DNA of 54,083 nucleotides, taken from the NCBI GenBank assembly GCA_002469885.1, contig DKOI01000112.1, positions 1 through 54,083 of the forward strand, in the 5' to 3' direction. Position 1 is the first letter of the stretch, and every line of letters starts with the position of its first letter. The notes below the pieces were generated by a model, which was not told the DNA's origin, did no database searches, and saw only the letters and a program-made list of their open reading frames with translations. This DNA comes from Legionellales bacterium UBA7366 (GTDB taxonomy: Bacteria; Pseudomonadota; Gammaproteobacteria; UBA7366). Made by a program: the position numbers and the translations under genes. Positions 11,288 to 19,641 of the stretch are shown piece after piece.

Positions 11288-13252
11288 TTAGTGCATTTTT
11301 TGCAATAATTGACCATTATAGCCAAGCATCATCTTTTGTTGGTACTGATAAAAACGCACTAAATCTTTAAGCTGCTTATTGTGCGTTTCGCATGACAATG
11401 GATGATTTTCACCGGCATCAACGTTTAAATCGTATACGCGACAATCGGCTGTCTGTAGATTTAACATTAACTTCATCTTGCTTGTGGCGTCAATTGATGA
11501 AAAACGTTGCCCGCGAGATCCTGCCATGAAAACATAGTGTTGCTTTGGTACGGCTTTCAACCAAGATTCGCCTTGCACCCACTTCTCATCAAACGGCGCA
11601 TCTAGCATATTCATTATTGTTGGCATCAAACCAATGCTGCTCGTTAAGGTGTCAACACGTTGTGGTGAGAGTAGTGACGGTTGATATATAACAATCGGCA
11701 CATGGACTTGTTGAATGTGTAAGCTAGTGGTGTGTTTCCAATTTTCAGGATGCTGGCCAAAACCTTCACCATGATCCCCAACAATCGCGATAATCGTATT
11801 ATCCAACTTTCCTGTTTCCGAAAGCGCGCTAACAACTCTTTTAAGCTGAGCGTCCAACATAAACAGATTATTGTAGTAGCGATCAATTTCCAACCCAATA
11901 TTATTGGCTATCTGCCATTTCGCACCATAATCATAGTAAGGATAATGCGGTGCCCCAGAAAAATAAATGCCGAAAAAGGGGCCCGTTGTTGCTTTCATTT
12001 TATCAATAAAAAAATCAATCCCATCGCTTTCATTGACGAACCAAGAAAACTCTAATTTAGGCAAATGCTTTTCAGGCAGGTCTTCTTTTTCATACAGTGA
12101 TATATTGCTACTTCTTACAAAACCTGATGGCATGTAATGCCCTTGGGTTGACGGATGAACCATAAACTTAGCATAAGTTGAATCTAAGCCTTTTATTAAA
12201 CTCGGCACAACATTATCTTTTGATATTTCAAACAGCCCTCTATTAAAATAAGGGTAATTTCCCGATAGGAGCGAAAAAACACCTTGGATGCTTGAGTTGC
12301 CTGTTGAAAAATTATTTTCGAATAATACACCGTTATCCGCAAGTTGTTTCAGGTAAGGCATCGGAATTCTGCCGACATAATTTTTGTCGAAAACATATTC
12401 CATTGCGGTGCTTTCTAAAATAATGAAAACGACATTCCACTGTTTTTTCACATCCGAAACTTTCAGTAATGCTGGGCGTTCTTGTGTTGAAACAAACGCA
12501 GGGTCCAGTAAAGCAATTGATTTAGCCTGAATATTTGTCACGGTTTCATTCATCTTAATATAAGGATTATTGGGGGTAGCTAATAACCCGTATACTACAG
12601 TTTGATAGGGATTGGATTTCAACCGATATGGATAGGTTTCTGCATTTCCAACAAAGTGAAATAGGCGTACCTGACGCGTGAAGGTATCCCAATTAAACAC
12701 CGTCGTCATCACAATAAGCAGTAACATGCTTATCGAAAAATAAAACGACGCATTCGTTTTCTTGTAATGTTGTAGAAGCGCGAACACACACAGTGGCGAT
12801 AGCAAATACACCCACTGAAAAATTGTCACTTGGCTAAAAAAAGACGATACAGTAAAGCCTTTCAAACCTGATAGAGTTAACGAATATGAAAGTGCTGTGT
12901 GCAACCTGAGAAAAATTTCTTGATTAGACGCAAACAAGATTGCAGAGAGAAACAAGAAAAAGTATATGGACGACCAACCTAAAGTTGAAAGACTGCGCTG
13001 AACGACAGAAGGCTTTAAATGCAGAGACGAATAACAGAAGTAAAGTTGATAAACAAAAACACTAAAGACAAATGAGACCAACACGTCCTGGAAGACGCCC
13101 ATAAATATCTGTTCCCGAATACTCTGGGTAAAAGTAGCATCAAGGCTTATCGCAAAGGTTATGCGATAGAGAAAACAGGTAAAGAGGAACGCTGCAAAAA
13201 AATGAAGTGCGGGATTCTTTCGTAAATTAAATCGATCAAGGTAAGAATGCAT
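11288..13252 (-). CDS. membrane-anchored sulfatase-superfamily transferase (LtaS/OpgB-like)
   Basis: ORF 11288..13381. Preferred start is ATG 13252 (MHSYLDRFNL), which leaves a divergent promoter gap. Polytopic N-terminal third, then an alkaline-phosphatase/sulfatase domain (VFIILESTA, VGDHGEGFGQH). Confidence 0.75.
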   Translation of the reverse strand: MHSYLDRFNLRKNPALHFFAAFLFTCFLYRITFAISLDATFTQSIREQIFMGVFQDVLVSFVFSVFVYQLYFCYSSLHLKPSVVQRSLSTLGWSSIYFFLFLSAILFASNQEIFLRLHTALSYSLTLSGLKGFTVSSFFSQVTIFQWVYLLSPLCVFALLQHYKKTNASFYFSISMLLLIVMTTVFNWDTFTRQVRLFHFVGNAETYPYRLKSNPYQTVVYGLLATPNNPYIKMNETVTNIQAKSIALLDPAFVSTQERPALLKVSDVKKQWNVVFIILESTAMEYVFDKNYVGRIPMPYLKQLADNGVLFENNFSTGNSSIQGVFSLLSGNYPYFNRGLFEISKDNVVPSLIKGLDSTYAKFMVHPSTQGHYMPSGFVRSSNISLYEKEDLPEKHLPKLEFSWFVNESDGIDFFIDKMKATTGPFFGIYFSGAPHYPYYDYGAKWQIANNIGLEIDRYYNNLFMLDAQLKRVVSALSETGKLDNTIIAIVGDHGEGFGQHPENWKHTTSLHIQQVHVPIVIYQPSLLSPQRVDTLTSSIGLMPTIMNMLDAPFDEKWVQGESWLKAVPKQHYVFMAGSRGQRFSSIDATSKMKLMLNLQTADCRVYDLNVDAGENHPLSCETHNKQLKDLVRFYQYQQKMMLGYNGQLLQKMH

Positions 13253-13328
13253 ATTAAAAACCAATTGAACTGAGAACATACTATGGTATAGAATATATAC
13301 ATTAATAACAATGCTCAAAGGAACATTA

Positions 13329-14297
13329 ATGCCTAACATGGATACAATTGGCGCATTAAGCGCCCGTTTAAATGAACGCATACTCGGTCAAGCCCGATTA
13401 GTTGACCGCTTAGTCATTGCTCTACTCTCAGATGGACATTTATTAGTTGAAGGCGCGCCTGGACTGGCTAAAACGACAGCCATAAAAGCGTTGGCGGAAC
13501 AAATTGATGCTGATTTTCAACGTATTCAATTCACGCCTGACTTATTGCCCGCTGACATTACAGGCACAGATGTGTACCACCCTCAAGATGGCTCGTTTAG
13601 CTTTCAACCTGGACCTATTTTTAGGCACATCGTGCTTGCCGATGAAATTAATCGAGCGCCTGCGAAAGTACAATCAGCACTGCTCGAAGCCATGGGTGAA
13701 CGCCAAGTCTCTATTGGCAGCAAAACACACAGCTTGCCGGATCTGTTCATGGTAATGGCAACACAGAACCCTATCGAGCAAGAAGGCACCTACCCCTTAC
13801 CCGAAGCACAGCTCGATCGCTTTTTAATGTACGTAAAAATTGATTATCCTGATACACAAACTGAACAAAGTATTTTACAGCTCGCCAGAGACGAAGCATT
13901 GAACGGGAAAAAAGAAATATCAGCATCACATCAGCGAATAGCACAAGAAAGTATCTTTTCTCTTCGAAAAGAAATTTTGCGGTGCCATATGAGCGACGAG
14001 TTAGAGCGTTATATCGTTGAGCTCATTTTAGCGTCACGTGATCCATCAAAATACGGTGATGATCTTGCTGCATGGATCAGTTATGGCGCAAGTCCTAGAG
14101 GCACAATTGCACTGGATCGCTGCGCTCGTGCGCATGCCTGGTTAAAGGGGCGTGACTTTGTGACGCCCGATGACATCCATCAAATTGCACATGATGTGTT
14201 ACGTCATCGCATTTTATTAACCTTTGCAGCTGAAGCTCAAGGCATTACCAGTGATGATGTGATCAGTGAGTTGCTCACACGCGTTGCGGTGCCCTAA
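13329..14297 (+). CDS. MoxR-family AAA+ ATPase
   Basis: Walker A GAPGLAKTT and Walker B VLADEINRA, with MoxR (AAA_3) length and layout. Start ATG 13329 is preferred (AAAGGA 7 nt upstream) over the track start 13311. Confidence 0.88.
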   Translation: MPNMDTIGALSARLNERILGQARLVDRLVIALLSDGHLLVEGAPGLAKTTAIKALAEQIDADFQRIQFTPDLLPADITGTDVYHPQDGSFSFQPGPIFRHIVLADEINRAPAKVQSALLEAMGERQVSIGSKTHSLPDLFMVMATQNPIEQEGTYPLPEAQLDRFLMYVKIDYPDTQTEQSILQLARDEALNGKKEISASHQRIAQESIFSLRKEILRCHMSDELERYIVELILASRDPSKYGDDLAAWISYGASPRGTIALDRCARAHAWLKGRDFVTPDDIHQIAHDVLRHRILLTFAAEAQGITSDDVISELLTRVAVP

Positions 14298-15202
14298 TGA
14301 AAAATTCAGGCATTAGCGTTAGCTTAGATGAATTAATTCAATATCATTTGGCCGCAAAAAAATTGCCTTTGTATACAAAGCAAAAAGCAGGCTCGCCTCT
14401 TGCTGGACAATATATGTCATCTTTATACGGTCGCGGCTTAGATTTTGCAGAAACACGTGCTTACATGCCAGGCGATGATATTCGAACTATGGATTGGCGA
14501 GTACTTGCACGTACAGGAAAGCCCCATACCAAACGTTATCATGAAGAGAAAGAGCGTCCTGTTTACTTTGTTGTCGATTATAATGAGAGTATGTTTTTTG
14601 GCACGCGTGTCACATTCAAGTCAGTGATCGCAGCACGTGCAACAGCAATGTTAGCATGGGCTGCTAGCTATCAACATGACAAAATTGGCGGCATCATTTT
14701 TTCCGGCAATGAACAAATTGAAATGCGGCCTAAAATTGGAAAGCGGGGCGTTTTGCCCTTACTCAAACAATTAGCCGACACCCAAGTAGCGCCGAACCCA
14801 ACCTATGATAGTGAATCATTTTCCTTAGCCTTGCTAAGACTACGTTCTGTGTGTAAGCCGGGGAGTTTGATTTTTATCATGAGTGACTTTAGTGAATTCA
14901 ATCAATCCCACTGTGTGCATTTAACAGCCTTGGCAAAACACAATCTCGTCAACGCCTGTTTGATTCGTGACCCACTGGAAATTAATCCGCCGCCACCAGG
15001 ACTCTATACAGTCAGTGACGGGAAAGATCATCTCTTTTCATTTTCAACTTTCGATAAGAAACAGCAACTTGATTATCACGATGCTCTGGCTGATCATCAC
15101 AAGTACGTATTGCAACAGCTTGAAAAATTGCGGATCCCTGTGATTGATTTGCAGACTGACTCAGATATTGTGAATGCAGTTGTTCAACACGCAAGCACTT
15201 AA
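14297..15202 (+). CDS. DUF58-family protein (MoxR partner)
   Basis: 301 aa. The segment DFAETRAYMPGDDIRTMDWRVLARTGKPHTKRY is the DUF58 signature. TAATG stop/start overlap with the MoxR gene. Confidence 0.8.
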   Translation: MKNSGISVSLDELIQYHLAAKKLPLYTKQKAGSPLAGQYMSSLYGRGLDFAETRAYMPGDDIRTMDWRVLARTGKPHTKRYHEEKERPVYFVVDYNESMFFGTRVTFKSVIAARATAMLAWAASYQHDKIGGIIFSGNEQIEMRPKIGKRGVLPLLKQLADTQVAPNPTYDSESFSLALLRLRSVCKPGSLIFIMSDFSEFNQSHCVHLTALAKHNLVNACLIRDPLEINPPPPGLYTVSDGKDHLFSFSTFDKKQQLDYHDALADHHKYVLQQLEKLRIPVIDLQTDSDIVNAVVQHAST

Positions 15203-15230
15203 GGGGGTAGGGGGTAAAAACGTCAGGCAT

Positions 15231-15267
15231 AAAAAAAAGGACGGAAAATGGGGTTTACCGTCCTTTT
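15231..15267 (-). terminator. rho-independent terminator (best on minus strand; may also stop the DUF58 gene)
   Basis: AAAAGGACGG (15235..15244) pairs with CCGTCCTTTT (15258..15267) across a 13-nt loop. Read on the minus strand, the hairpin is followed by a run of 8 T in total. On the plus strand only TTTT follows the GC core. Confidence 0.7.
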
Positions 15268-15374
15268 CGGCTAATAAGCCAGGCTATCCTTTGCCCAATC
15301 ATCATCCATGAACGTGCAAAACGAGGAGTGGCTATAGAAATCCTTTTCCAGGCCTGTGATTCATCCTGAACCAC
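15231..15374 (-). ncRNA. candidate CsrA-binding sRNA (RsmY/RsmZ/CsrB-like), about 144 nt
   Basis: Minus strand carries an extended -10 TGATATAAT (rc of 15381..15389). It is followed by about 144 nt with six GGA motifs (CAGGAUG, CUGGAAA, AAGGAUU, AUGGAUG, AAGGAUA, AAGGACG) and ends at the U8 terminator. There is no credible ORF. Not verified by a covariance model. Confidence 0.45.
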
Positions 15375-15610
15375 AATAAAATTATATCAAAGCTGAATTA
15401 TTTAGAAATAATGCTATTGAAAAGTATTCGAAGTAGCGACTGGGCATAAACAAGCAAGATGAATATAAGTTGTTTTTTTTCAACAAGTTAGACCAGGTTT
15501 TTACCTGCGCATGAGTTTAAGGTTAAACTAGAAACGAACAATGGCTTACATGAATGTGCGAGATATCTCACGAATCGTCCGGGCGATCATCCTGTTATGT
15601 CGGCAGCCCC

Positions 15611-16063
15611 TTAGCTCCGCTTGATAATTAAAACAACACCATCGTGGCCTGTGACTGTCACTTGAGTTCCTTTCTTAAAGTTTTCTTTCGCACTCACCAT
15701 CCAAGTTCTTCCGTCTAATTGGATTTTGCAGCGTTGCTTCTTCATATTTTTCTGTAAAATAATGGACTTGCCCATACACGTTTTTGCGATATTGTAATTT
15801 TCCAAACCGGGACGCCTTAAGCGTGCGCCGCTTCTAAGCGTGCGGTACCAAAAAATAGTCGTCAGACACGCCATAATAGCAAATGTGATAACCTGCGCAT
15901 AGCCCTCATAGTGAGACAGTATTTTTTGGAGGAAACCTACCCATCCTGCAATCACGGCATACCAGAAACAATAGCCTTGTCCCCAGATTAATTCTAAGGC
16001 AAGAAACATTATGCCAAATACAAGCCAGTTCCATATTGTTAGATTATGAACAAAGCTAACCAT
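15611..16063 (-). CDS. NfeD-family membrane protein
   Basis: 150 aa. Three N-terminal TM helices and a C-terminal OB-fold-like tail (KIQLDGRTWMVSAKENFKKGTQVTVTGHDGVVLII), typical of NfeD/YbbJ. Confidence 0.7.
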   Translation of the reverse strand: MVSFVHNLTIWNWLVFGIMFLALELIWGQGYCFWYAVIAGWVGFLQKILSHYEGYAQVITFAIMACLTTIFWYRTLRSGARLRRPGLENYNIAKTCMGKSIILQKNMKKQRCKIQLDGRTWMVSAKENFKKGTQVTVTGHDGVVLIIKRS

Positions 16064-16090
16064 GAAAAAGTCTCCGCAGTGAAAAGATTA

Positions 16091-16564
16091 TTAAGGATAA
16101 AACAAAGTCAGCATTGTTTCTAGGAAATTGTTAGCCGCTTGTGTCTCTTGAGGCTCTGGCGCAAAACGGCCAATTTCATTGTCAGCAAGCGGACGATAAG
16201 GCCCGGCCTTGGATTCAAAGAATACGGTGCCTGTCTCAACAGCAACGAGACTGTGAAATACACCCTTAGGAATGGTGACACCCACATTATGCGTATTGGG
16301 CTCAAGTAAGGCATGCTGGATAACCGAGCCATCACTATCGAAAAAAACGACGCCCATTTTACCGCGCACAATAATCATTGTTTCATCACAGTCACGGTGG
16401 CAATGGGGCATGACATAAGTGCCTGGTTCAACGGCGTTTAATAAACGGTGGCAGGGGTCTTCATTGGCTTCATGAAAATTGTAATTCTTTCGCAGGCGAT
16501 CAGAATCTCTTGCTTCGTTTGAAACGTCATCTAATAAATCTTCTGTGATTAATTCAACACTCAT
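16091..16564 (-). CDS. WbuC-family cupin-fold metalloprotein
   Basis: 157 aa. DSDRLRKNYNFH...HRLLNAVEPGTYVMPHCH...ETMIIVRG matches my recollection of the WbuC cupin family. Confidence 0.6.
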   Translation of the reverse strand: MSVELITEDLLDDVSNEARDSDRLRKNYNFHEANEDPCHRLLNAVEPGTYVMPHCHRDCDETMIIVRGKMGVVFFDSDGSVIQHALLEPNTHNVGVTIPKGVFHSLVAVETGTVFFESKAGPYRPLADNEIGRFAPEPQETQAANNFLETMLTLFYP

Positions 16565-16572
16565 GGAAACTA

Positions 16573-17754
16573 TTATACGCTGGCCACTTTATATTTGTCG
16601 ATCGATTTCGATGAATAAGCGATCTCACCACGACAAACTGTCATCACGACACGAAGTGAATCATCAAGCACGACAAGGTCCGCAAATTTTCCAGGCGCGA
16701 TGCTGCCGCGCTCATGAAAAAGATTCATTTGTTTTGCAGGATTGGACGATAGCATTTGCATCACATCATGCAAATGACAACCGGTAGAGTTTAACATATT
16801 TTTTAATGCTTCTGGAAAACGTAATACACTCCCCGCTAAACGTCCGCTTGCAAGACGCGCCGCACCTTCGCACACCGTTACCGCCTGCCCACCCAAATCA
16901 TACTCCCCATCACCCAAACATTTTGCACGCATGGAATCTGTCACGAGCATCATGCCTTTGGCTCCCTTTAGTCGATAAATTAAATCGACAACCATAGGAT
17001 GCAAATGCATGTTATCTAAAATAACTTCCACGCGAACTTTTTCACTCAACAATAACGGCGCAACCGTACCAGGCGACCGATGGTGTAATCCTTTCATCGC
17101 ATTAAACACGTGCGTTCCATGACGACAACCCGCCTCAATAGCGGCTTGTGTTTCATTGGCATTTGCACTGGTGTGCCCAACAGAAACAACGACACCGGTT
17201 CGCGAAACCTCCTCAATAAAATGCAATGCGTCAGGCAACTCAGGTGCAACTGTCACAAGCTGAATTCGATTTCCGCTCATCCTTTGCCAACGATTAAATA
17301 AAGTAACATCAGGAAAAATGGCATGTTTAGCCAATTGCGCGCCAGCATACGCTTTAGAAATGAAAGGCCCTTCTAAGTGCACGCCCAACAATGTCGCGCC
17401 TGCACTACTGGAATAGCTTTCAATAACGGATAACGTTTTTTCAATATGCGCAATAGAACTTGTCATCGTTGTCGCTAAAAAGCTGGTTGTGCCTTCTTCG
17501 GCTAACGTTTTGCTCATCAACTCTAGCGATCCAATGTCTGCATCCATAACATCACAACCTGCCAGCCCATGCACATGCACATCTATAAACCCTGGCAAGA
17601 GATGAAAATTATTAGGAAACGTAAAAGCAAAAGAGTCGGTATTGATCTGGCTGGTGACAACGGCTTCTATTTTTTCTTTTTTAATCATGACGGCAGCGTC
17701 TTGCAAAATTTCATCTTGCGCATACACCTGAGCGCCCGAGATAATCACACACAA
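16573..17754 (-). CDS. nagA: N-acetylglucosamine-6-phosphate deacetylase
   Basis: 393 aa amidohydrolase with GFIDVHVHG, HLEGPFIS and VSVGHT metal-ligand motifs. Overlaps the upstream kinase gene by 10 nt. Confidence 0.88.
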   Translation of the reverse strand: MCVIISGAQVYAQDEILQDAAVMIKKEKIEAVVTSQINTDSFAFTFPNNFHLLPGFIDVHVHGLAGCDVMDADIGSLELMSKTLAEEGTTSFLATTMTSSIAHIEKTLSVIESYSSSAGATLLGVHLEGPFISKAYAGAQLAKHAIFPDVTLFNRWQRMSGNRIQLVTVAPELPDALHFIEEVSRTGVVVSVGHTSANANETQAAIEAGCRHGTHVFNAMKGLHHRSPGTVAPLLLSEKVRVEVILDNMHLHPMVVDLIYRLKGAKGMMLVTDSMRAKCLGDGEYDLGGQAVTVCEGAARLASGRLAGSVLRFPEALKNMLNSTGCHLHDVMQMLSSNPAKQMNLFHERGSIAPGKFADLVVLDDSLRVVMTVCRGEIAYSSKSIDKYKVASV

Positions 17755-18596
17755 ACCTCTTCGCGAATCAGAGACATTGCACCTTCCAATGCATCGCCTT
17801 CAACTGGCACTAAATGATTAATAAACCCAATGCTAAGATAAGGCATCAAGTGTTGTGCAATACTTCCATGTAAGCACAGTGGAAATTGAAATCGGCTCTT
17901 ACATAAGGTCTCATAAATTGTTTCAATTTCTTTGGCAGCAATATGGAACAAATGTTTGGCGACGGGATCTTCTGAATATTCAAATACGACCTTAGCAAAT
18001 TCTGCATAGCTTGTTGCATTCGCACGCCGTGCGAATCCGACAATATCATCACCAATTCTTTCAAACAACGCTTCTAATAACGGCGTCGATCGACAACGCT
18101 GGTCTCGCCATTTCAACATGCATCGAATGGCTTCATAGCCTAACCAGGCGCCACTGCCAACATCGTGCAGCGCAAATCCCCAACCACTGACCGTAACTTC
18201 TTCTGCATCTTGCATTGCATATCCAATAATGCCCGTGCCACTAATAATAATGGCACCGTCTTCACCCGCATGCGCGCCTTTACAAGCAATATGCGCATCC
18301 GATTTCAAAACGATTGAGTCGAAAGGGTGGAGGTAATCTAAAAACGCTTGGACTGCCGTCACATCTTCTGTGCCCGCCAACCCCATGCCTGCATGCACAT
18401 TGAGATCTTCACGAGTAAAATCGATCTGGGCTAAATAACACGCATGACGAATGGAGTCCCACGCTTGTTCAAACGACATGGAGATATTCGCAGGCCCAGC
18501 TTGGGCTTCAGCCAACAACGTGCCATCGGCATCTTCCACGCGAATTGCGCACTTGCTGCCGCCACCGTCAATGCCTATGTAAATATCCTTATTCAT
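17745..18596 (-). CDS. N-acetylglucosamine kinase (BadF/BadG/BcrA/BcrD ATPase family)
   Basis: 283 aa with the N-terminal phosphate-1 motif IGIDGGGSKC. ASKHA-fold length, and sits in an operon with nagA. Confidence 0.75.
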   Translation of the reverse strand: MNKDIYIGIDGGGSKCAIRVEDADGTLLAEAQAGPANISMSFEQAWDSIRHACYLAQIDFTREDLNVHAGMGLAGTEDVTAVQAFLDYLHPFDSIVLKSDAHIACKGAHAGEDGAIIISGTGIIGYAMQDAEEVTVSGWGFALHDVGSGAWLGYEAIRCMLKWRDQRCRSTPLLEALFERIGDDIVGFARRANATSYAEFAKVVFEYSEDPVAKHLFHIAAKEIETIYETLCKSRFQFPLCLHGSIAQHLMPYLSIGFINHLVPVEGDALEGAMSLIREEVCV

Positions 18597-18711
18597 ACTA
18601 GCATGGTGATTGAAGCGCTCTTAAAGATCAAGGCATGCCCTCAGCCTCTATGTCCAGACTATAAGTTCAGGTATAATGACACTTTGAATTTGGGTAATTA
18701 AGAATCAGTAG

Positions 18712-19641
18712 ATGAATACAAACTCCTCAACCGTAGAAAAGTACGATATTAAAACATTTCAGGGCATGATCTTAGCCTTGCAAGACTACTGGAACCGCCA
18801 AGGCTGTGCGATTATGCAGCCCTTAGATAGAGAAGTCGGTGCTGGAACGTTTCATCCTGCCACTTTTTTGCGCGCAATCGGCCCGGAACCTTGGGCTGCC
18901 GCGTATGTGCAACCTTGCCGTAGACCCACAGACGGTCGGTATGGCGAAAACCCAAACAGATTGCAATATTATTACCAACTACAGGTAGTCATAAAGCCAT
19001 CCCCTGATAATTTTCAAGCCCTCTACCTCGGCTCATTGCGTGAACTCGGGATAGATCAAACCGTTCAAGACATTCGTTTTGTTGAGGATAACTGGGAAGC
19101 ACCCACATTAGGTGCCTGGGGACTAGGCTGGGAAATCTGGCTAAACGGCATGGAAGTCACTCAGTTCACCTATTTCCAACAAGTCGGTGGCCTCACATGC
19201 AGACCTGTCATGGGTGAAATCACTTATGGCTTAGAGCGCATTGCCATGCACATACAAGGTGTCGACAATATTTTCGACTTGATCTGGGCCGACGGGCCAT
19301 TAGGCAAAATAACCTACGGCGATGTCTTTCATCAAAATGAAGTTGAATTTTCAACCTATAACTTTGAAAAAGCCAATGTTGAAAAGCTCTTTCAAGAATT
19401 TAATGCCGCAGAAGCGGAAAGCATGAAAATGACCGAAAACAACTTACCACTACCTGCTTATGAATTTGCCATGCAAGCATCCCACATCTTTAACTTGCTC
19501 GATGCGCGCCACGCAATTTCCGTCACTGAGCGTCAACGCTATATTTTGCGCATACGTGATCTCGTTAAATCGGTAGCCACGAGTTATTACGAACGTCGCG
19601 AATCCTTAGGCTTTCCAATGGCCAAAGGAGAATCCGAATGA
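18712..19641 (+). CDS. glyQ: glycine--tRNA ligase alpha subunit
   Basis: 309 aa. [17 protein letters not shown]...[21 protein letters not shown] is highly conserved GlyQ sequence. Confidence 0.96.
   Translation: MNTNSSTVEKYDIKTFQGMILALQDYWNRQGCAIMQPLDREVGAGTFHPATFLRAIGPEPWAAAYVQPCRRPTDGRYGENPNRLQYYYQLQVVIKPSPDNFQALYLGSLRELGIDQTVQDIRFVEDNWEAPTLGAWGLGWEIWLNGMEVTQFTYFQQVGGLTCRPVMGEITYGLERIAMHIQGVDNIFDLIWADGPLGKITYGDVFHQNEVEFSTYNFEKANVEKLFQEFNAAEAESMKMTENNLPLPAYEFAMQASHIFNLLDARHAISVTERQRYILRIRDLVKSVATSYYERRESLGFPMAKGESE

Noticed and set aside
15560-15569. 10-bp perfect palindrome GAGATATCTC downstream of nfeD as an operator or 6S-like element.
   Set aside because: It is isolated and short, has no partner promoter or flanking structure, and shows no similarity to the 6S RNA closing stems that I could align. 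It is retained only as context for the sRNA-containing spacer.
15270-15610. Possible tmRNA: the minus strand starts GGGGCTG at 15610, like the tmRNA 5' end, and the spacer is about 340 nt.
   Set aside because: There is no GGAUUCGAC-type continuation, no T-arm (GGTTCGAnTCC) or acceptor/CCA-type 3' end, and no plausible tag ORF ending in ...LAA. The GGGGCTG also overlaps the nfeD stop region.
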